The position numbers and the translations under genes are program-made. A DNA stretch of 34,965 nt from IMG/VR virus record IMGVR_UViG_3300037419_000074, positions 1-34,965 of that record. One strand, given 5' to 3'. This document shows positions 25,722 through 34,965 of the stretch, in pieces. Within the stretch, counting starts at the first letter, position 1. Each line of letters opens with the position of its first letter. The stretch comes from a virus (lineage: Duplodnaviria > Caudoviricetes). A model generated the notes under the pieces. The model had not been told where the DNA came from. It did not search any database and saw nothing but the letters and a program-made list of their open reading frames with translations.

Positions 25722-26749
25722 TATATACTCTTTACGCCAACCTCGATTGCATCAACTTGGGCGTTATCCCAGACAGCGCTAGTCGAGGGATCGGTTTCCC
25801 ATATATTACCTACGGCTGTGTAGCCAAGATCAAGTGTCTTAGTCCCGGAGACGTAGTTAGCTCCGGTGGCACGAATAGCCATATCGATATTAGCTACGCC
25901 AGATCCGTCATTCTTACCACGGGCGTATACACCGATTGCTTTAACGAAATATCCACTAGGAAGTGAAGGACCGCTGGTTGTGTAAGTCTCTACTTGACTT
26001 GCTGTGTTAGAAGTAATGGTATCAGAGTCGTTGAAGACGGTTTCATCGATATCAGTATAACTACCCGTCCAAGCCGTATTAGTGGCAGAGTTACCTGCAG
26101 GATAGCGAGTAAGGAGTCGCCAACCGATAGTCGGGACGGTGGCAATAATGACTTCCGAGAAGTTGATCTGGAAGCCGAAGCCCCCGGCATGACCACCGAG
26201 AGGACGAAACTGAGATATTTGAGGAATACCGGAGAGGTTGATCCCAGTAGGATTGGCAGTAGCGGAAGTCAGAATTCTAGTTCCACCGCTATAGACTTCG
26301 ATCAAACCAGCAGTAGAATTGCAGATGATACGGAAGTCAAAGGTGACACCGATGGCGGTGGCAGTCATATCGCAATCTACTTCAGTTCCAATGGCAGTCC
26401 ATGTCGTACCATCAGAACTATACTCTACATTAATTTTCTCGATACCAGTGGCTGATCGGTGAACTAATCGAACAACTTTCGTGCCTGCTGCATTTAGCCA
26501 ATATAGTGGGTACGTCGTAAGGTCCGCACCAGCACTGCCGTTGCAGAACAGTTTCATGTGTGTCCAGCAAGTAGTTAGGTTGCCGAAGTTAGGAGTATCG
26601 ACCCATAGGTCAGCAGAACTGGTTCCATTGACCTGGATAGAGCAACGAGAGTAGGCTGTGTCGTAATAGCCAGCGGCTGTAGTCTCCGTGGGCCCTGAGC
26701 CCGAGGGAGTGAAGCAAGATATTTCGCCACCGGCAAAAACAATAGTCAA
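25721..26749 (-). CDS. Beta-rich virion protein inserted between gp10-like halves (candidate receptor-binding/lectin-like)
   Basis: 342 aa, Thr/Gly/Ser-rich, ends WETDPST...W....VDAIEVG; TTG start 2 nt after upstream stop. Confidence 0.6.
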   Translation of the reverse strand: MTIVFAGGEISCFTPSGSGPTETTAAGYYDTAYSRCSIQVNGTSSADLWVDTPNFGNLTTCWTHMKLFCNGSAGADLTTYPLYWLNAAGTKVVRLVHRSATGIEKINVEYSSDGTTWTAIGTEVDCDMTATAIGVTFDFRIICNSTAGLIEVYSGGTRILTSATANPTGINLSGIPQISQFRPLGGHAGGFGFQINFSEVIIATVPTIGWRLLTRYPAGNSATNTAWTGSYTDIDETVFNDSDTITSNTASQVETYTTSGPSLPSGYFVKAIGVYARGKNDGSGVANIDMAIRATGANYVSGTKTLDLGYTAVGNIWETDPSTSAVWDNAQVDAIEVGVKSI

Positions 26750-26751
26750 TG

Positions 26752-27597
26752 TTAACCCTTTCTTTGAAGGTTGATTGCTTCACGAATTCTTTGAGCAATG
26801 CCGGGAGTAGAGACGACTTCAGGAGCGGCGCCGATCCGATAGACAGTTCCATCTGTTCCGATCGCCATCACTGAGTCTTTGATCTGAATACCAGTTCCAG
26901 CCCAGATGCCTTTGTCGAATAGACGGCCTTGCTGTCGAATGAAAGGAGCATCTCCGTTACCAGACGGATACCAAACTTCAGTAGTCGATGGACCTAGAAG
27001 CCAAAACTGATCGCCTACGACTAGGACATTGAAGACAGTATCAGGAGAGCGTTCAGCAGTAGCGAAGTCTAGGGCGTTAATGATAGTAGCAGCAGGTTGT
27101 ATCCAGTAGAACCTGCCGTTTTTAATCGTATCCGTTCCCGGAGCTACGACGCAAATACAATATCCGGCAATGACCCCGACAGATACGATACCGTCACCGT
27201 CAGGAACGACTATAGTATTCAGCGACACGCCGTCGTAATATTGAAGATCAGTTCCATTGGCTATGAACAGATACTGATAAGTAGCAGCCATGCTGACGAA
27301 GCTAGTTCCTGTCACAGAACCTATAGAAGTAACTGTCTCATCTGTATCAATACGGTAAAGTGTCTCACCAGAGACGACAAACAGAGCTTCGCTGAAAGCT
27401 CCCGGACAGCTATATACGGCCCGAATGGGGCCGACTCCGACAGTCAACCACTTACGAAGAGCAGGACGACAGAGAAGCGCTACTTGGTTCTGTAGATTAG
27501 TCGGGTCCTGTTCAAAGTACCTGTTATAGACATTGATGTCTGGAACACTAGCTACTGAACGAGAGCTATCTGTAGTACCTAAAGGTATCGCGGTCAT
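26752..27597 (-). CDS. P22 gp10-like tail hub/stabilisation protein, N-terminal part
   Basis: N.YFE..P, L..RPAL, GPIR, FATAERSPD, LLGPSTTEVWY..G...PF.R motifs. Confidence 0.8.
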   Translation of the reverse strand: MTAIPLGTTDSSRSVASVPDINVYNRYFEQDPTNLQNQVALLCRPALRKWLTVGVGPIRAVYSCPGAFSEALFVVSGETLYRIDTDETVTSIGSVTGTSFVSMAATYQYLFIANGTDLQYYDGVSLNTIVVPDGDGIVSVGVIAGYCICVVAPGTDTIKNGRFYWIQPAATIINALDFATAERSPDTVFNVLVVGDQFWLLGPSTTEVWYPSGNGDAPFIRQQGRLFDKGIWAGTGIQIKDSVMAIGTDGTVYRIGAAPEVVSTPGIAQRIREAINLQRKG

Positions 27598-28307
27598 GGA
27601 CGTCCTGTCGAGAAGTCTGAGTCACCGAAGAAATAGAAGTTGCTTAGCAACCGGACAATTGGGACGTCAGACTCCACTTTCTTAGTAGCCCAGAAGCGGG
27701 CATTAATCTGGGCTTTAGCTCTCTTAAGTGCAGCAAGACTCTCAGGAGGCATCCGGACGCCGTGGCGAGGGCTTAGGCGAACAGCTAGCATCAAAGCGAA
27801 GTAGTCATCGAACTCCTCTGGAAACGGCATGTCATCGCCAGTGGCTAGTGAGTTAACTCTAACCCAGTTACCGTCGTCGGCGTAATAGATCCATTGTCCT
27901 ACGAAGCTATTGGTATTAATTACTTCTGTGAAATCGAATTCAATGCTCTTGCCGTTGGCATCAATAGTCAATGGATAAGTCGCTAGATTGTTAGCTACAT
28001 CGACTATTGCAAATCTCTCTCCATTCTGTGGATAAGGATTTAGTTTAATTGTCGTAGCGGCAGATAGGTTAAGAACCAATCGAGAATTCTGAGGGACGAA
28101 GTTAGAGATTAGTGTCGATTGGTCGTTAGTGCCACCAATAGCTATATCAGTAAGGGCATCACCGACTTCGAATCCCACGGCAGATAGGACGATGGTATTA
28201 AGAAGCGGCAGAGCTTCATCGACTTCTGTAGTAGTAGGAACGGCTCCCTTAGAGATTAGATTATTCTCTCGGTAAGCGCGAGTAATGATGTCATTAACGA
28301 GAGTCAT
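27594..28307 (-). CDS. P22 gp4-like head-to-tail adaptor
   Basis: DIITRAYRE..., EAL..LN N-terminus and LAVRLSP.HG C-terminus; directly upstream of gp10-like gene. Confidence 0.7.
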   Translation of the reverse strand: MTLVNDIITRAYRENNLISKGAVPTTTEVDEALPLLNTIVLSAVGFEVGDALTDIAIGGTNDQSTLISNFVPQNSRLVLNLSAATTIKLNPYPQNGERFAIVDVANNLATYPLTIDANGKSIEFDFTEVINTNSFVGQWIYYADDGNWVRVNSLATGDDMPFPEEFDDYFALMLAVRLSPRHGVRMPPESLAALKRAKAQINARFWATKKVESDVPIVRLLSNFYFFGDSDFSTGRP

Positions 28308-28316
28308 CTAAAGTCC

Positions 28317-29354
28317 TTATTGGATGTAGAGGTAGACGCCTGCATAGCGAGTCGACGTACCCCCCGGAGTACCGAAAGAAGCAGGAGGTCCTGAGGTATA
28401 TGTTCTTGATACCCATTTTGTATTAGCAGTTTTACTTGCTAGCCGTGAGGCATTGTCTGTAAGGACGCCTATCCAGTAAGTTGTATTGGCATTCAGATTA
28501 ACGCCTGAAAACGTACTTGTAAGAATTTGATTAGCTGAAGCCACGGTTACTTCGGAACCCGTCCCGACAAGTGTGCCCGGAGCCCCCGAACTGTCTGTAT
28601 AGATGATAGCCTTCATCTTGCCACCAACTGTGATAGTAGGAGACAGACGAATGCTGAGAGACGTGGCTGAGTACGTGCCCCCACCGGCAGGAGTAGTGAC
28701 CGAAATGACGTCCATTTCGTTGGCACCAAGGAAATAATCTGTATTATACAGAGGATCTTGATCCCAAAATCCGAGGACGCCGCGCTGAGCAGTTACGTTT
28801 AAAGCTACGGCGTAGGCATTACCCGGAACAGTAAATGCACCAGCAGTAGCCGGTGGTCCGGAGGCGTAAGTGGCACTAAACCAACCCATAGTTCCTTGGC
28901 TGTAGCCAGAGTTATTAGACTCTCTTAGATTAAGAGTACCTGTGACCAAAAAGCCGAACCAATACTTTGTTCCGGCAGTCAAGGTTTGCTGCGAACCAAA
29001 GGAGTAATTAAGGTCCCCTGTCTCCGTACCCACAGCAGTCTGTTCCGTTCCAGAAGCAATTAGAGAACCCGGAGCATTTGAACCATTATCGGCATATAGA
29101 ACCGGAGTCCATTTAGTTCCGGCAGAAATTGCAGAATTGACTCCGATGTTATAAGTCGTGAACTTAACATCGGCATCTAGGCGGTTCGTCATCAATTGAA
29201 CATATGCCCGATTTCCAGCCATTCCGTTAAACGGCGATCCACCGTAAGAATACGGAGTACCTAGAATTCCCGCAGTAGTTAAAGAGCCTCCCGGCGTTCC
29301 GAAGCCGTGGCTTCCTCGGTTAAGTAGCATCGTTCGACTCCAAAGCGGATACAT
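28317..29354 (-). CDS. Virion surface protein with two tandem beta-sandwich-like repeats
   Basis: Duplicated Y.D...APG.L...G.E...L...T.YW.G...TY.SGPPA unit. Confidence 0.65.
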   Translation of the reverse strand: MYPLWSRTMLLNRGSHGFGTPGGSLTTAGILGTPYSYGGSPFNGMAGNRAYVQLMTNRLDADVKFTTYNIGVNSAISAGTKWTPVLYADNGSNAPGSLIASGTEQTAVGTETGDLNYSFGSQQTLTAGTKYWFGFLVTGTLNLRESNNSGYSQGTMGWFSATYASGPPATAGAFTVPGNAYAVALNVTAQRGVLGFWDQDPLYNTDYFLGANEMDVISVTTPAGGGTYSATSLSIRLSPTITVGGKMKAIIYTDSSGAPGTLVGTGSEVTVASANQILTSTFSGVNLNANTTYWIGVLTDNASRLASKTANTKWVSRTYTSGPPASFGTPGGTSTRYAGVYLYIQ

Positions 29355-29357
29355 GCA

Positions 29358-29618
29358 TTAAACAGCGAAAGTACCGGCAGCACCGCCACCTAGGACGACA
29401 TATGCTCCGTCCTGACAGTAGAAAGGAAGAGGATAGTAAGTTGCAGCAACTGCAGTAAACTGCGATACGATATCAGCTCCACCGGACGTTTCACCGACCG
29501 TGATTTGAACCGTACCACCAGTGGTGCAGAAGAAGCCGCCAATAGACCGACCACGCTCCTGCAACATCCCTGATGCGGTCATCCGCTTCGGCTTCCAAAC
29601 TTCACGAACATCAGACAT
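29358..29618 (-). CDS. Small virion-module protein
   Basis: AAGGA RBS; Gly-rich beta pattern; in structural operon. Confidence 0.65.
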   Translation of the reverse strand: MSDVREVWKPKRMTASGMLQERGRSIGGFFCTTGGTVQITVGETSGGADIVSQFTAVAATYYPLPFYCQDGAYVVLGGGAAGTFAV

Positions 29619-29627
29619 ATTTATTCC

Positions 29628-30080
29628 TTAAGAATTCGGAGCTTTGATGATGGCAAACTTGATAACAATTGCCTCAGCAAGAGCACCCGCTGTGTTATTG
29701 CGAATAGCAACTGTCGCCGTACCGGCACCCGTCGCACAGGCGTTGACAGTATAGGCACCTAGGGTACCGCCTGAGTGATGAGTCGCAGCAATCATATCAG
29801 TAGCAGTGATCTTGCTGTCATTGAGCGTAAAGCTTACGATAGTAGCCGCTGCAAGAGAGGCGTTATTTAGTGTAATCTCACCCGTCGCTGTATTAAGCGT
29901 CACTGCAGTTGCTTTACTGGTAGCCTGTGTGACAGCACCACCTGAACCGGGTTTGTAACCGACGCCATGAAGGGCACCGATATCATCTACCAACTGACTG
30001 AGAGGGAAGGTGCTAATAGAAGCGCCCGCACCACCAGCATTACGCACAACTTCGATTGTATAATCAGAATAGTTGGCCAT
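29628..30080 (-). CDS. Putative head decoration/fibre protein
   Basis: GGAVTQATSKATAVTLN...GEITL motif; immediately downstream of coat gene. Confidence 0.65.
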   Translation of the reverse strand: MANYSDYTIEVVRNAGGAGASISTFPLSQLVDDIGALHGVGYKPGSGGAVTQATSKATAVTLNTATGEITLNNASLAAATIVSFTLNDSKITATDMIAATHHSGGTLGAYTVNACATGAGTATVAIRNNTAGALAEAIVIKFAIIKAPNS

Positions 30081-30100
30081 TTATTATCCTATAGGTAATA

Positions 30101-30126
30101 GGAGGCGGAACCGAAGCCCCGCCTCC
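30101..30126 (-). terminator. C(UUCG)G hairpin after coat gene (leaky terminator or mRNA stabiliser)
   Basis: Minus strand GGAGGCGGGG-C-TTCG-G-TTCCGCCTCC followed only by TATT. Confidence 0.75.
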
Positions 30127-30136
30127 AAAGTAGTTA

Positions 30137-31450
30137 TTAAGAACCGTTCAGACGAACAGCGTTCCGACGTTCTTGGACGTTCGCAGTAATAGCGACGTCA
30201 AAGCGGACGCGGTGGTCGCCCGTAGAGAAGGTCGAGTCCTTCCACATACGGACGCTCAACGGAACCTTCGTCAACGAAACACGGCTGGCCTGGCCCGTAG
30301 CGGGCATGATGAGGTCGACAGTGTTACAGATGATTGCGTTCTTGTTAAGCATCACACGCGGCTTGTACGCAGTCGAAGCAGTGCCTCGCCACGTAATAGC
30401 GGCGTTATCTGCCGGAGCAGCCGAGACAGTTGCATGTGCACGGTTAGCAGCAGCGTCACCCGTAATCGAGCTACCATCGTCGATGATGATAGCCGGGAAG
30501 ATGCGCATGTTGGCAATCGCGCCACCGCCGTCTGCCGTATAGTCACCTACGACGCGGAACTGCTGCAGGTGCGATTGCGCCTGATGCAGCCTGTTGTCAT
30601 AGGCGTTTACGCCAGCAATCGTAAAGATTTCGCCATCCTTGACGGTATGACCGGCGGTTAGCGTGTCGATGTTAATGGTCTGCGTCATATACTGACCATT
30701 GGTCGTCGAGATACAGACGTCCTTGTAGTTGACGTTCTGCGACGCACCGTTAATCAAAGCAGCACCCGAAGCGGCACGAGTGCCGGGGGTGAGGTTCGAC
30801 AACTGCTGCGTGTACATCGTCGGGATGCCGTTAACCGAACCGGTGAAACCGTTACGGAACGTACTCGTCGACAACTGATCGGTGGCGGTGAAGCCTACGA
30901 CAGTCGTACCAAGGGCCTGAAGATCGTCATACGTAAGCACCATACGGAGGTCGGAGTCATCGACACCTTCCTTCTTAAAGCGCGTATACGCAGTTGCGAC
31001 GTCAGCGAAGGTGGCGACGTTGTTACCAACGGTACCGACTTCGTTATTAGCAGCAAGCTGCGCTTTCTTCAGGATGACACCATCGATGGTCTCAGCAAGC
31101 TTTACGGCAGCGCGCTTCAGAGCCTCCGAGCGACGGGCATCGCCCATGTCACGGATTGCAGTGAAGTCGCTCCAACCCATGCTGACGCCAAAGACGTCCT
31201 TGACGGTGAAGGTCTCGGAACCGAACACCGAGTTCTGGACGCCGGACGAAAGATCCTGAACGCCAGATGTGCTCTGAGTAACGACGTACGACGGGCCGGT
31301 CTGCTGACTGACCTGAAGCTGATTCCGGTCATTCATTTCGCCAGAGAACTGGTTCCACGTCGCGATGTCGGCTGCGACAAGGTTATTTTGGAAGTAAGCC
31401 GCGAAGGCATTAAGTACCAGCCTAGACTGGTCAACAGTATTTGTAGGCAT
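30137..31450 (-). CDS. Major capsid protein (P22 coat protein-like)
   Basis: 437 aa after scaffold; GAAL.NGASQ, GEIFTIAGVNA, LQQFRV, IFPAII, APADNAAIT, RFDV patterns of P22-type coats; hairpin downstream. Confidence 0.88.
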   Translation of the reverse strand: MPTNTVDQSRLVLNAFAAYFQNNLVAADIATWNQFSGEMNDRNQLQVSQQTGPSYVVTQSTSGVQDLSSGVQNSVFGSETFTVKDVFGVSMGWSDFTAIRDMGDARRSEALKRAAVKLAETIDGVILKKAQLAANNEVGTVGNNVATFADVATAYTRFKKEGVDDSDLRMVLTYDDLQALGTTVVGFTATDQLSTSTFRNGFTGSVNGIPTMYTQQLSNLTPGTRAASGAALINGASQNVNYKDVCISTTNGQYMTQTINIDTLTAGHTVKDGEIFTIAGVNAYDNRLHQAQSHLQQFRVVGDYTADGGGAIANMRIFPAIIIDDGSSITGDAAANRAHATVSAAPADNAAITWRGTASTAYKPRVMLNKNAIICNTVDLIMPATGQASRVSLTKVPLSVRMWKDSTFSTGDHRVRFDVAITANVQERRNAVRLNGS

Positions 31451-31505
31451 TAGCTACAATATTCCTTTCAGATTCGTTAAGCCTTCGCTAGACTCTTAAG
31501 ATTAA

Positions 31506-32516
31506 TTACTTAAAGAAGTCTCGTTCGAAGGCAGCCAAGTCTTCGGTATCCCCCCTGACAGTGAAGTGTCCTCCCTTTCCACGCGACTGTGTAGGCGGGG
31601 GAGTTGGGGCATTAGATACCTTCTTGTTGCTTTTTACCTCTCGCTCCGGCTGTCGTTCAAACTTAGCCTGAAGACGACCGATAGCTAGAGTTGCAGCAAG
31701 AGGACCAGATGCAACGATTTTCTGGGCCTCATCGATATTTTGAGAGAGGTAGTACATAATCTCAGGACCGTTATCACATTGCATAACCGTGGTGGCTAGA
31801 TAGTCACCGTATTGGGCGTCGACCCCAACAAAAGCAGATGCCAGTCCTTGAACCTTCTCGGCAAAGTCAGGAAGGTCTTCTACGACTTTCTCGACTCTTT
31901 CATTCCAAGAACGCTGAAGTTCATTTCTCTGCTGTGCGACAGCTTTTTCTTGCTCTTCCCTCTGCATCTGTTCCTTGGCAGCCTTAGTCTCTTGCTCAAT
32001 CGTGAACTTAGTTAAATCACGAATGAAGAGAGGATCGAATTCGCCTAGTGGATAGACTGGTTCACCTTTGTCATTAACTGCGTCTGGCTTAGGGGCTTCG
32101 GGAGGAAGCTGGTTTGCAATAGTATCAACAGTCTTTGGACTGTCTGCCTCTTTAGAAGCCTTCAGGGCATTGAGTTCCGCCATGAGAGCATCACGCTCTC
32201 TTTGGGCAACTCTAGCCTCAGCTACTAGCTTCTCAATTCTTTCCTGAGTTCGATTCTTTTTACCTTTGGCTTTAGGCTCGGGAGTTTCGTCTTCGGAGTC
32301 TTCGTCCTCAGAACCCTCACCCTCGTCTTCATTACCATTAGTATCTTCCTCGTCCTCGGTTGCGACGGAATTGTCGTCGTTCTCGTCGACTTCTTCTGCT
32401 TCTTCTTCTGCTTTCTCAGGTTCCTTAGTAGAAGTCCTTTCGAATAGAAGATCTTCGAAGTTCTTGAAGTCATCCATATCGACAAGATTACTGTTGTCGT
32501 CAGTGGCATTAGCCAT
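31506..32516 (-). CDS. Scaffolding protein
   Basis: Acidic N-terminus, QERIEKL coiled coil, GPEIMYYL and VSNAP.P C-terminal pattern; between portal and coat. Confidence 0.8.
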   Translation of the reverse strand: MANATDDNSNLVDMDDFKNFEDLLFERTSTKEPEKAEEEAEEVDENDDNSVATEDEEDTNGNEDEGEGSEDEDSEDETPEPKAKGKKNRTQERIEKLVAEARVAQRERDALMAELNALKASKEADSPKTVDTIANQLPPEAPKPDAVNDKGEPVYPLGEFDPLFIRDLTKFTIEQETKAAKEQMQREEQEKAVAQQRNELQRSWNERVEKVVEDLPDFAEKVQGLASAFVGVDAQYGDYLATTVMQCDNGPEIMYYLSQNIDEAQKIVASGPLAATLAIGRLQAKFERQPEREVKSNKKVSNAPTPPPTQSRGKGGHFTVRGDTEDLAAFERDFFK

Positions 32517-32565
32517 ACTTGCGTCCTTTCGGGCGTCCCAGTTGCGGAGTATTCAGTCAGTTGGG

Positions 32566-34761
32566 TTAAGGTTGACTGTCCGTTGAATCCTCTGCGTCAG
32601 ACTGTGCTTCAGCCTGTTCGGATTGAAAGTCTTGGTCAGCAGCTTGTTGCTCGGCGGCATGGCCGTGCTCTTGCTGCTGCATAGTGATGTCTTTGGCGTG
32701 TCCGACTAGCTCCATTGCCATGTCGGCTTCACGCTCTAGACGCTGTAGGTTAAGGGCCTCATCGTCCTTTAGAATAGCGGCATAGGCGGTTAGACGATCT
32801 GTCTCGGCTTTATAAGCCTCTAGCTTAAGCTTCTCAGACTGATCTATGTTCTTGATCTTAAGTATCTGATTTTCTTGCTCAAGCTGTTGTAACTTCTGCA
32901 TCGCCTGCTGAGCAGCTTCTTGTATCTGAGCCTGCTGCTGAGCCATCGCCTGCATGTCAGGTGCCTGCTGCCCCATCTCAGCCTTCTCCTTATCGGACAG
33001 AAGCTGAGGCGGAATGGTTCTTAACAAGCGGTCAGAGAGTTCTTCTGCCCCCGGCCAATCCTGAGCCTTGACAACTAGATCGCCAGCGATTTGCATAATC
33101 TCGGGATAGACCTGAACAGCCTGCATCATGGCATCAGCGGCTTCAAGACGACGAGTGGTGTAAGAAGGACCAGACGTCATTGCGACGTCGTAGTTACCGA
33201 CAGCTAGGTTAGGGCTATTGGGGTCCATAGGATCATTAATCGCTACGAATTTAGTAGCCTCGTCCTCACCGATGATACGGATGACACGAGTACCGTCATA
33301 AATCTGGCTAACAAGCTGGTTCATGACGTCACCGGCTTCTAGGATGGCGGCATTGCCGTTGTCATAATACGTGAGAGAGGCGACGTCGCCTTCGCGTTGC
33401 CGCGCCATAATAGCCCGACCCGAAGTCTCATTAGACTTAATACCCAAAGATGCATCGTGGATACCCGTGACATCTTTCATATCCTGTGCATTAAGGGCCG
33501 CTTCTTGAAGAATTGCGGCCTGGATTTCAGGCGGATTCAGTCGCTGAGGCGGTTCAGTGGCGTCGTCGTTATAAATAAGGAGAGGATCGCGGGTAAGGTG
33601 AGCCTTACGGAAGGCCTCTTCGCGGCCCTCGACGGCACTCTCAGGAGCAATCCACTGAGCTTTAGGTGCGTAGCCTAGCTGCTCTGCAGCAACAGACCGC
33701 CAGAAGTTTCTGAGACGGACGTTATCCTTCATGAAGCGAACTAGGCCGTAGCGGACTCTGCGGTCGCCTACAGTTACGACACGACCCGACATCCTGATGA
33801 TGGGAAGCCGGGATAGTTTCCATTCAAATGGACCAGCGAGGATTTTATAGCCTGTGACGATATGCATCTGGGCATAGCGACACGGAGCCAACCTGGTCTT
33901 TACAGGATTACCATGCTTGGCAAAGAGCTCTTCCATCTTGTCACCTTCGATGACATGGATGGAGCCGTCCTTAAACATCCCGAGCAACCGTTTGCGCTCG
34001 ATCATCCGCCAGTGTTCAGTGACCTTTACAGAATTGGTATCTAGCCAGCCACGGCCGTATAGGTCTTTGTAATACTTGTTATTTAAATCTGACGGAGGGA
34101 CGTTTTTCCAGCGACGCTCGAACTCTTTCTTAGGAATCATGTCGTCGACGAAGCAGTGATTGGCATCACGACCTGTCGGATCAATTGACAACCTGTCCCA
34201 GACAATCGAAAGGGCGTCGTCTACGGGTTGTAGGACAATCTCTTGATCGAATACATCTTCTGATGTATACTGGACTCCTACGCGGAAACCACCATCACCG
34301 CACTGAACCATGCTTTCAAATGCGCTGTCATATACTCGGTCTGCACGACTCTTGGTTTCGATTGAACGGATTAGGTCAGAACGGACGTCAGCGACTTCTT
34401 TATCACCATTCTCTGCAGGAAGGACCTTTACGGCATTCCGGTTCTCACGCCAGTCACCAACTAACTGTGCGGTGAACTGAGGGATGGTGTTGATGATAAG
34501 GTTAGGAAGACCCTGACGCTGAGCCAGAACCTCTGGGTCCCACTGCTCACCGGCTACGAAACGCTTGTCATCCATAGCAGCTCGACGATTCTCGTCATCT
34601 GCCATGAGATCCATCTCGTAGGTTTCGCGAAGATCTGCTAGGTATTCTTCTAGATCTTTAAAACCCTCGGGGACATAGGTCTCTGGAACGGTCTCAGGGC
34701 TCTCCTCAGAGAGGACAAGTTTGTCCAGCTCTTTGGTATCGCCGTTTTCGTCTTTCTTCAT
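32566..34761 (-). CDS. Portal protein (P22-like)
   Basis: D..F..GEQW, P.L.IN, GLVRFMKD, SNETSGRAI.ARQ.EG, G.YDV....GPSYTTRR motifs, Gln-rich barrel tail; TGATG coupling favours ATG 34761. Confidence 0.92.
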   Translation of the reverse strand: MKKDENGDTKELDKLVLSEESPETVPETYVPEGFKDLEEYLADLRETYEMDLMADDENRRAAMDDKRFVAGEQWDPEVLAQRQGLPNLIINTIPQFTAQLVGDWRENRNAVKVLPAENGDKEVADVRSDLIRSIETKSRADRVYDSAFESMVQCGDGGFRVGVQYTSEDVFDQEIVLQPVDDALSIVWDRLSIDPTGRDANHCFVDDMIPKKEFERRWKNVPPSDLNNKYYKDLYGRGWLDTNSVKVTEHWRMIERKRLLGMFKDGSIHVIEGDKMEELFAKHGNPVKTRLAPCRYAQMHIVTGYKILAGPFEWKLSRLPIIRMSGRVVTVGDRRVRYGLVRFMKDNVRLRNFWRSVAAEQLGYAPKAQWIAPESAVEGREEAFRKAHLTRDPLLIYNDDATEPPQRLNPPEIQAAILQEAALNAQDMKDVTGIHDASLGIKSNETSGRAIMARQREGDVASLTYYDNGNAAILEAGDVMNQLVSQIYDGTRVIRIIGEDEATKFVAINDPMDPNSPNLAVGNYDVAMTSGPSYTTRRLEAADAMMQAVQVYPEIMQIAGDLVVKAQDWPGAEELSDRLLRTIPPQLLSDKEKAEMGQQAPDMQAMAQQQAQIQEAAQQAMQKLQQLEQENQILKIKNIDQSEKLKLEAYKAETDRLTAYAAILKDDEALNLQRLEREADMAMELVGHAKDITMQQQEHGHAAEQQAADQDFQSEQAEAQSDAEDSTDSQP

Positions 34762-34965
34762 CAACCTACCATCCAAGAAGTATCTTCGCCTAACGGCTTA
34801 TCTGATTTAAGTGTCGTAGTGATTACGTTGCTCTCTTCTTCGTTACGTTTTCGTCTAGCTGTAATACGCTGGAATAGATCCGAAAGCCCCCACACAAGGG
34901 CGTCCACCCTGTCAGGAGAATTCCCTGAAGAACGATCGGCATCTCTTGTGAAGAGACACATTTGG
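34761..34965 (-). CDS. terL: Terminase large subunit, C-terminal end (truncated by window)
   Basis: SPDRVDALVWGLSDLF nuclease-domain motif directly upstream of portal. Confidence 0.85.
   Translation of the reverse strand, partial: QMCLFTRDADRSSGNSPDRVDALVWGLSDLFQRITARRKRNEEESNVITTTLKSDKPLGEDTSWMVG

Noticed and set aside
30173-30661. 162-aa + strand ORF and other antisense ORFs over capsid, portal, tail and replication genes
   Set aside because: Shadow frames of well-supported genes with no recognised RBS or motifs, unlike the antisense spanins, which have RBS, TM and lipobox signals.

Overview
About 35 kb from the middle of a lytic, podovirus-like dsDNA phage genome with two convergent arms. 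The + strand (1 to ~17 kb) carries a phiEco32/LUZ24-type amidoligase cluster (class I and class II glutamine amidotransferases, COOH-NH2 ligase, amidoligase, ATP-grasp) and small Cys-rich ORFs. It also has two near-consensus sigma70 promoters, an HNH-like nuclease, a T7-like primase-helicase, family A DNA polymerase and SSB, three further nucleases and a nucleotide-metabolism cassette. The - strand (~17.8 to 35 kb) carries a P22-like virion module (terminase end, portal, scaffold, coat, gp4/gp10-like tail proteins, ejection proteins including an SLT domain) and holin plus GH24 endolysin. The most unusual structure is the arm junction: an i-spanin/o-spanin pair lies on the strand opposite the holin/endolysin, with the o-spanin almost wholly antisense to a C-terminal extension of the endolysin. 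Also notable are a gp10-like tail hub split into two genes around an inserted gene, clustered active-site substitutions in the DNA polymerase, an exonuclease that needs a non-canonical start, and a MazG-like protein lacking its catalytic acids. All family calls come from motif recognition by eye; no searches were run. No tRNA, CRISPR array, integrase or phage RNA polymerase was recognised.
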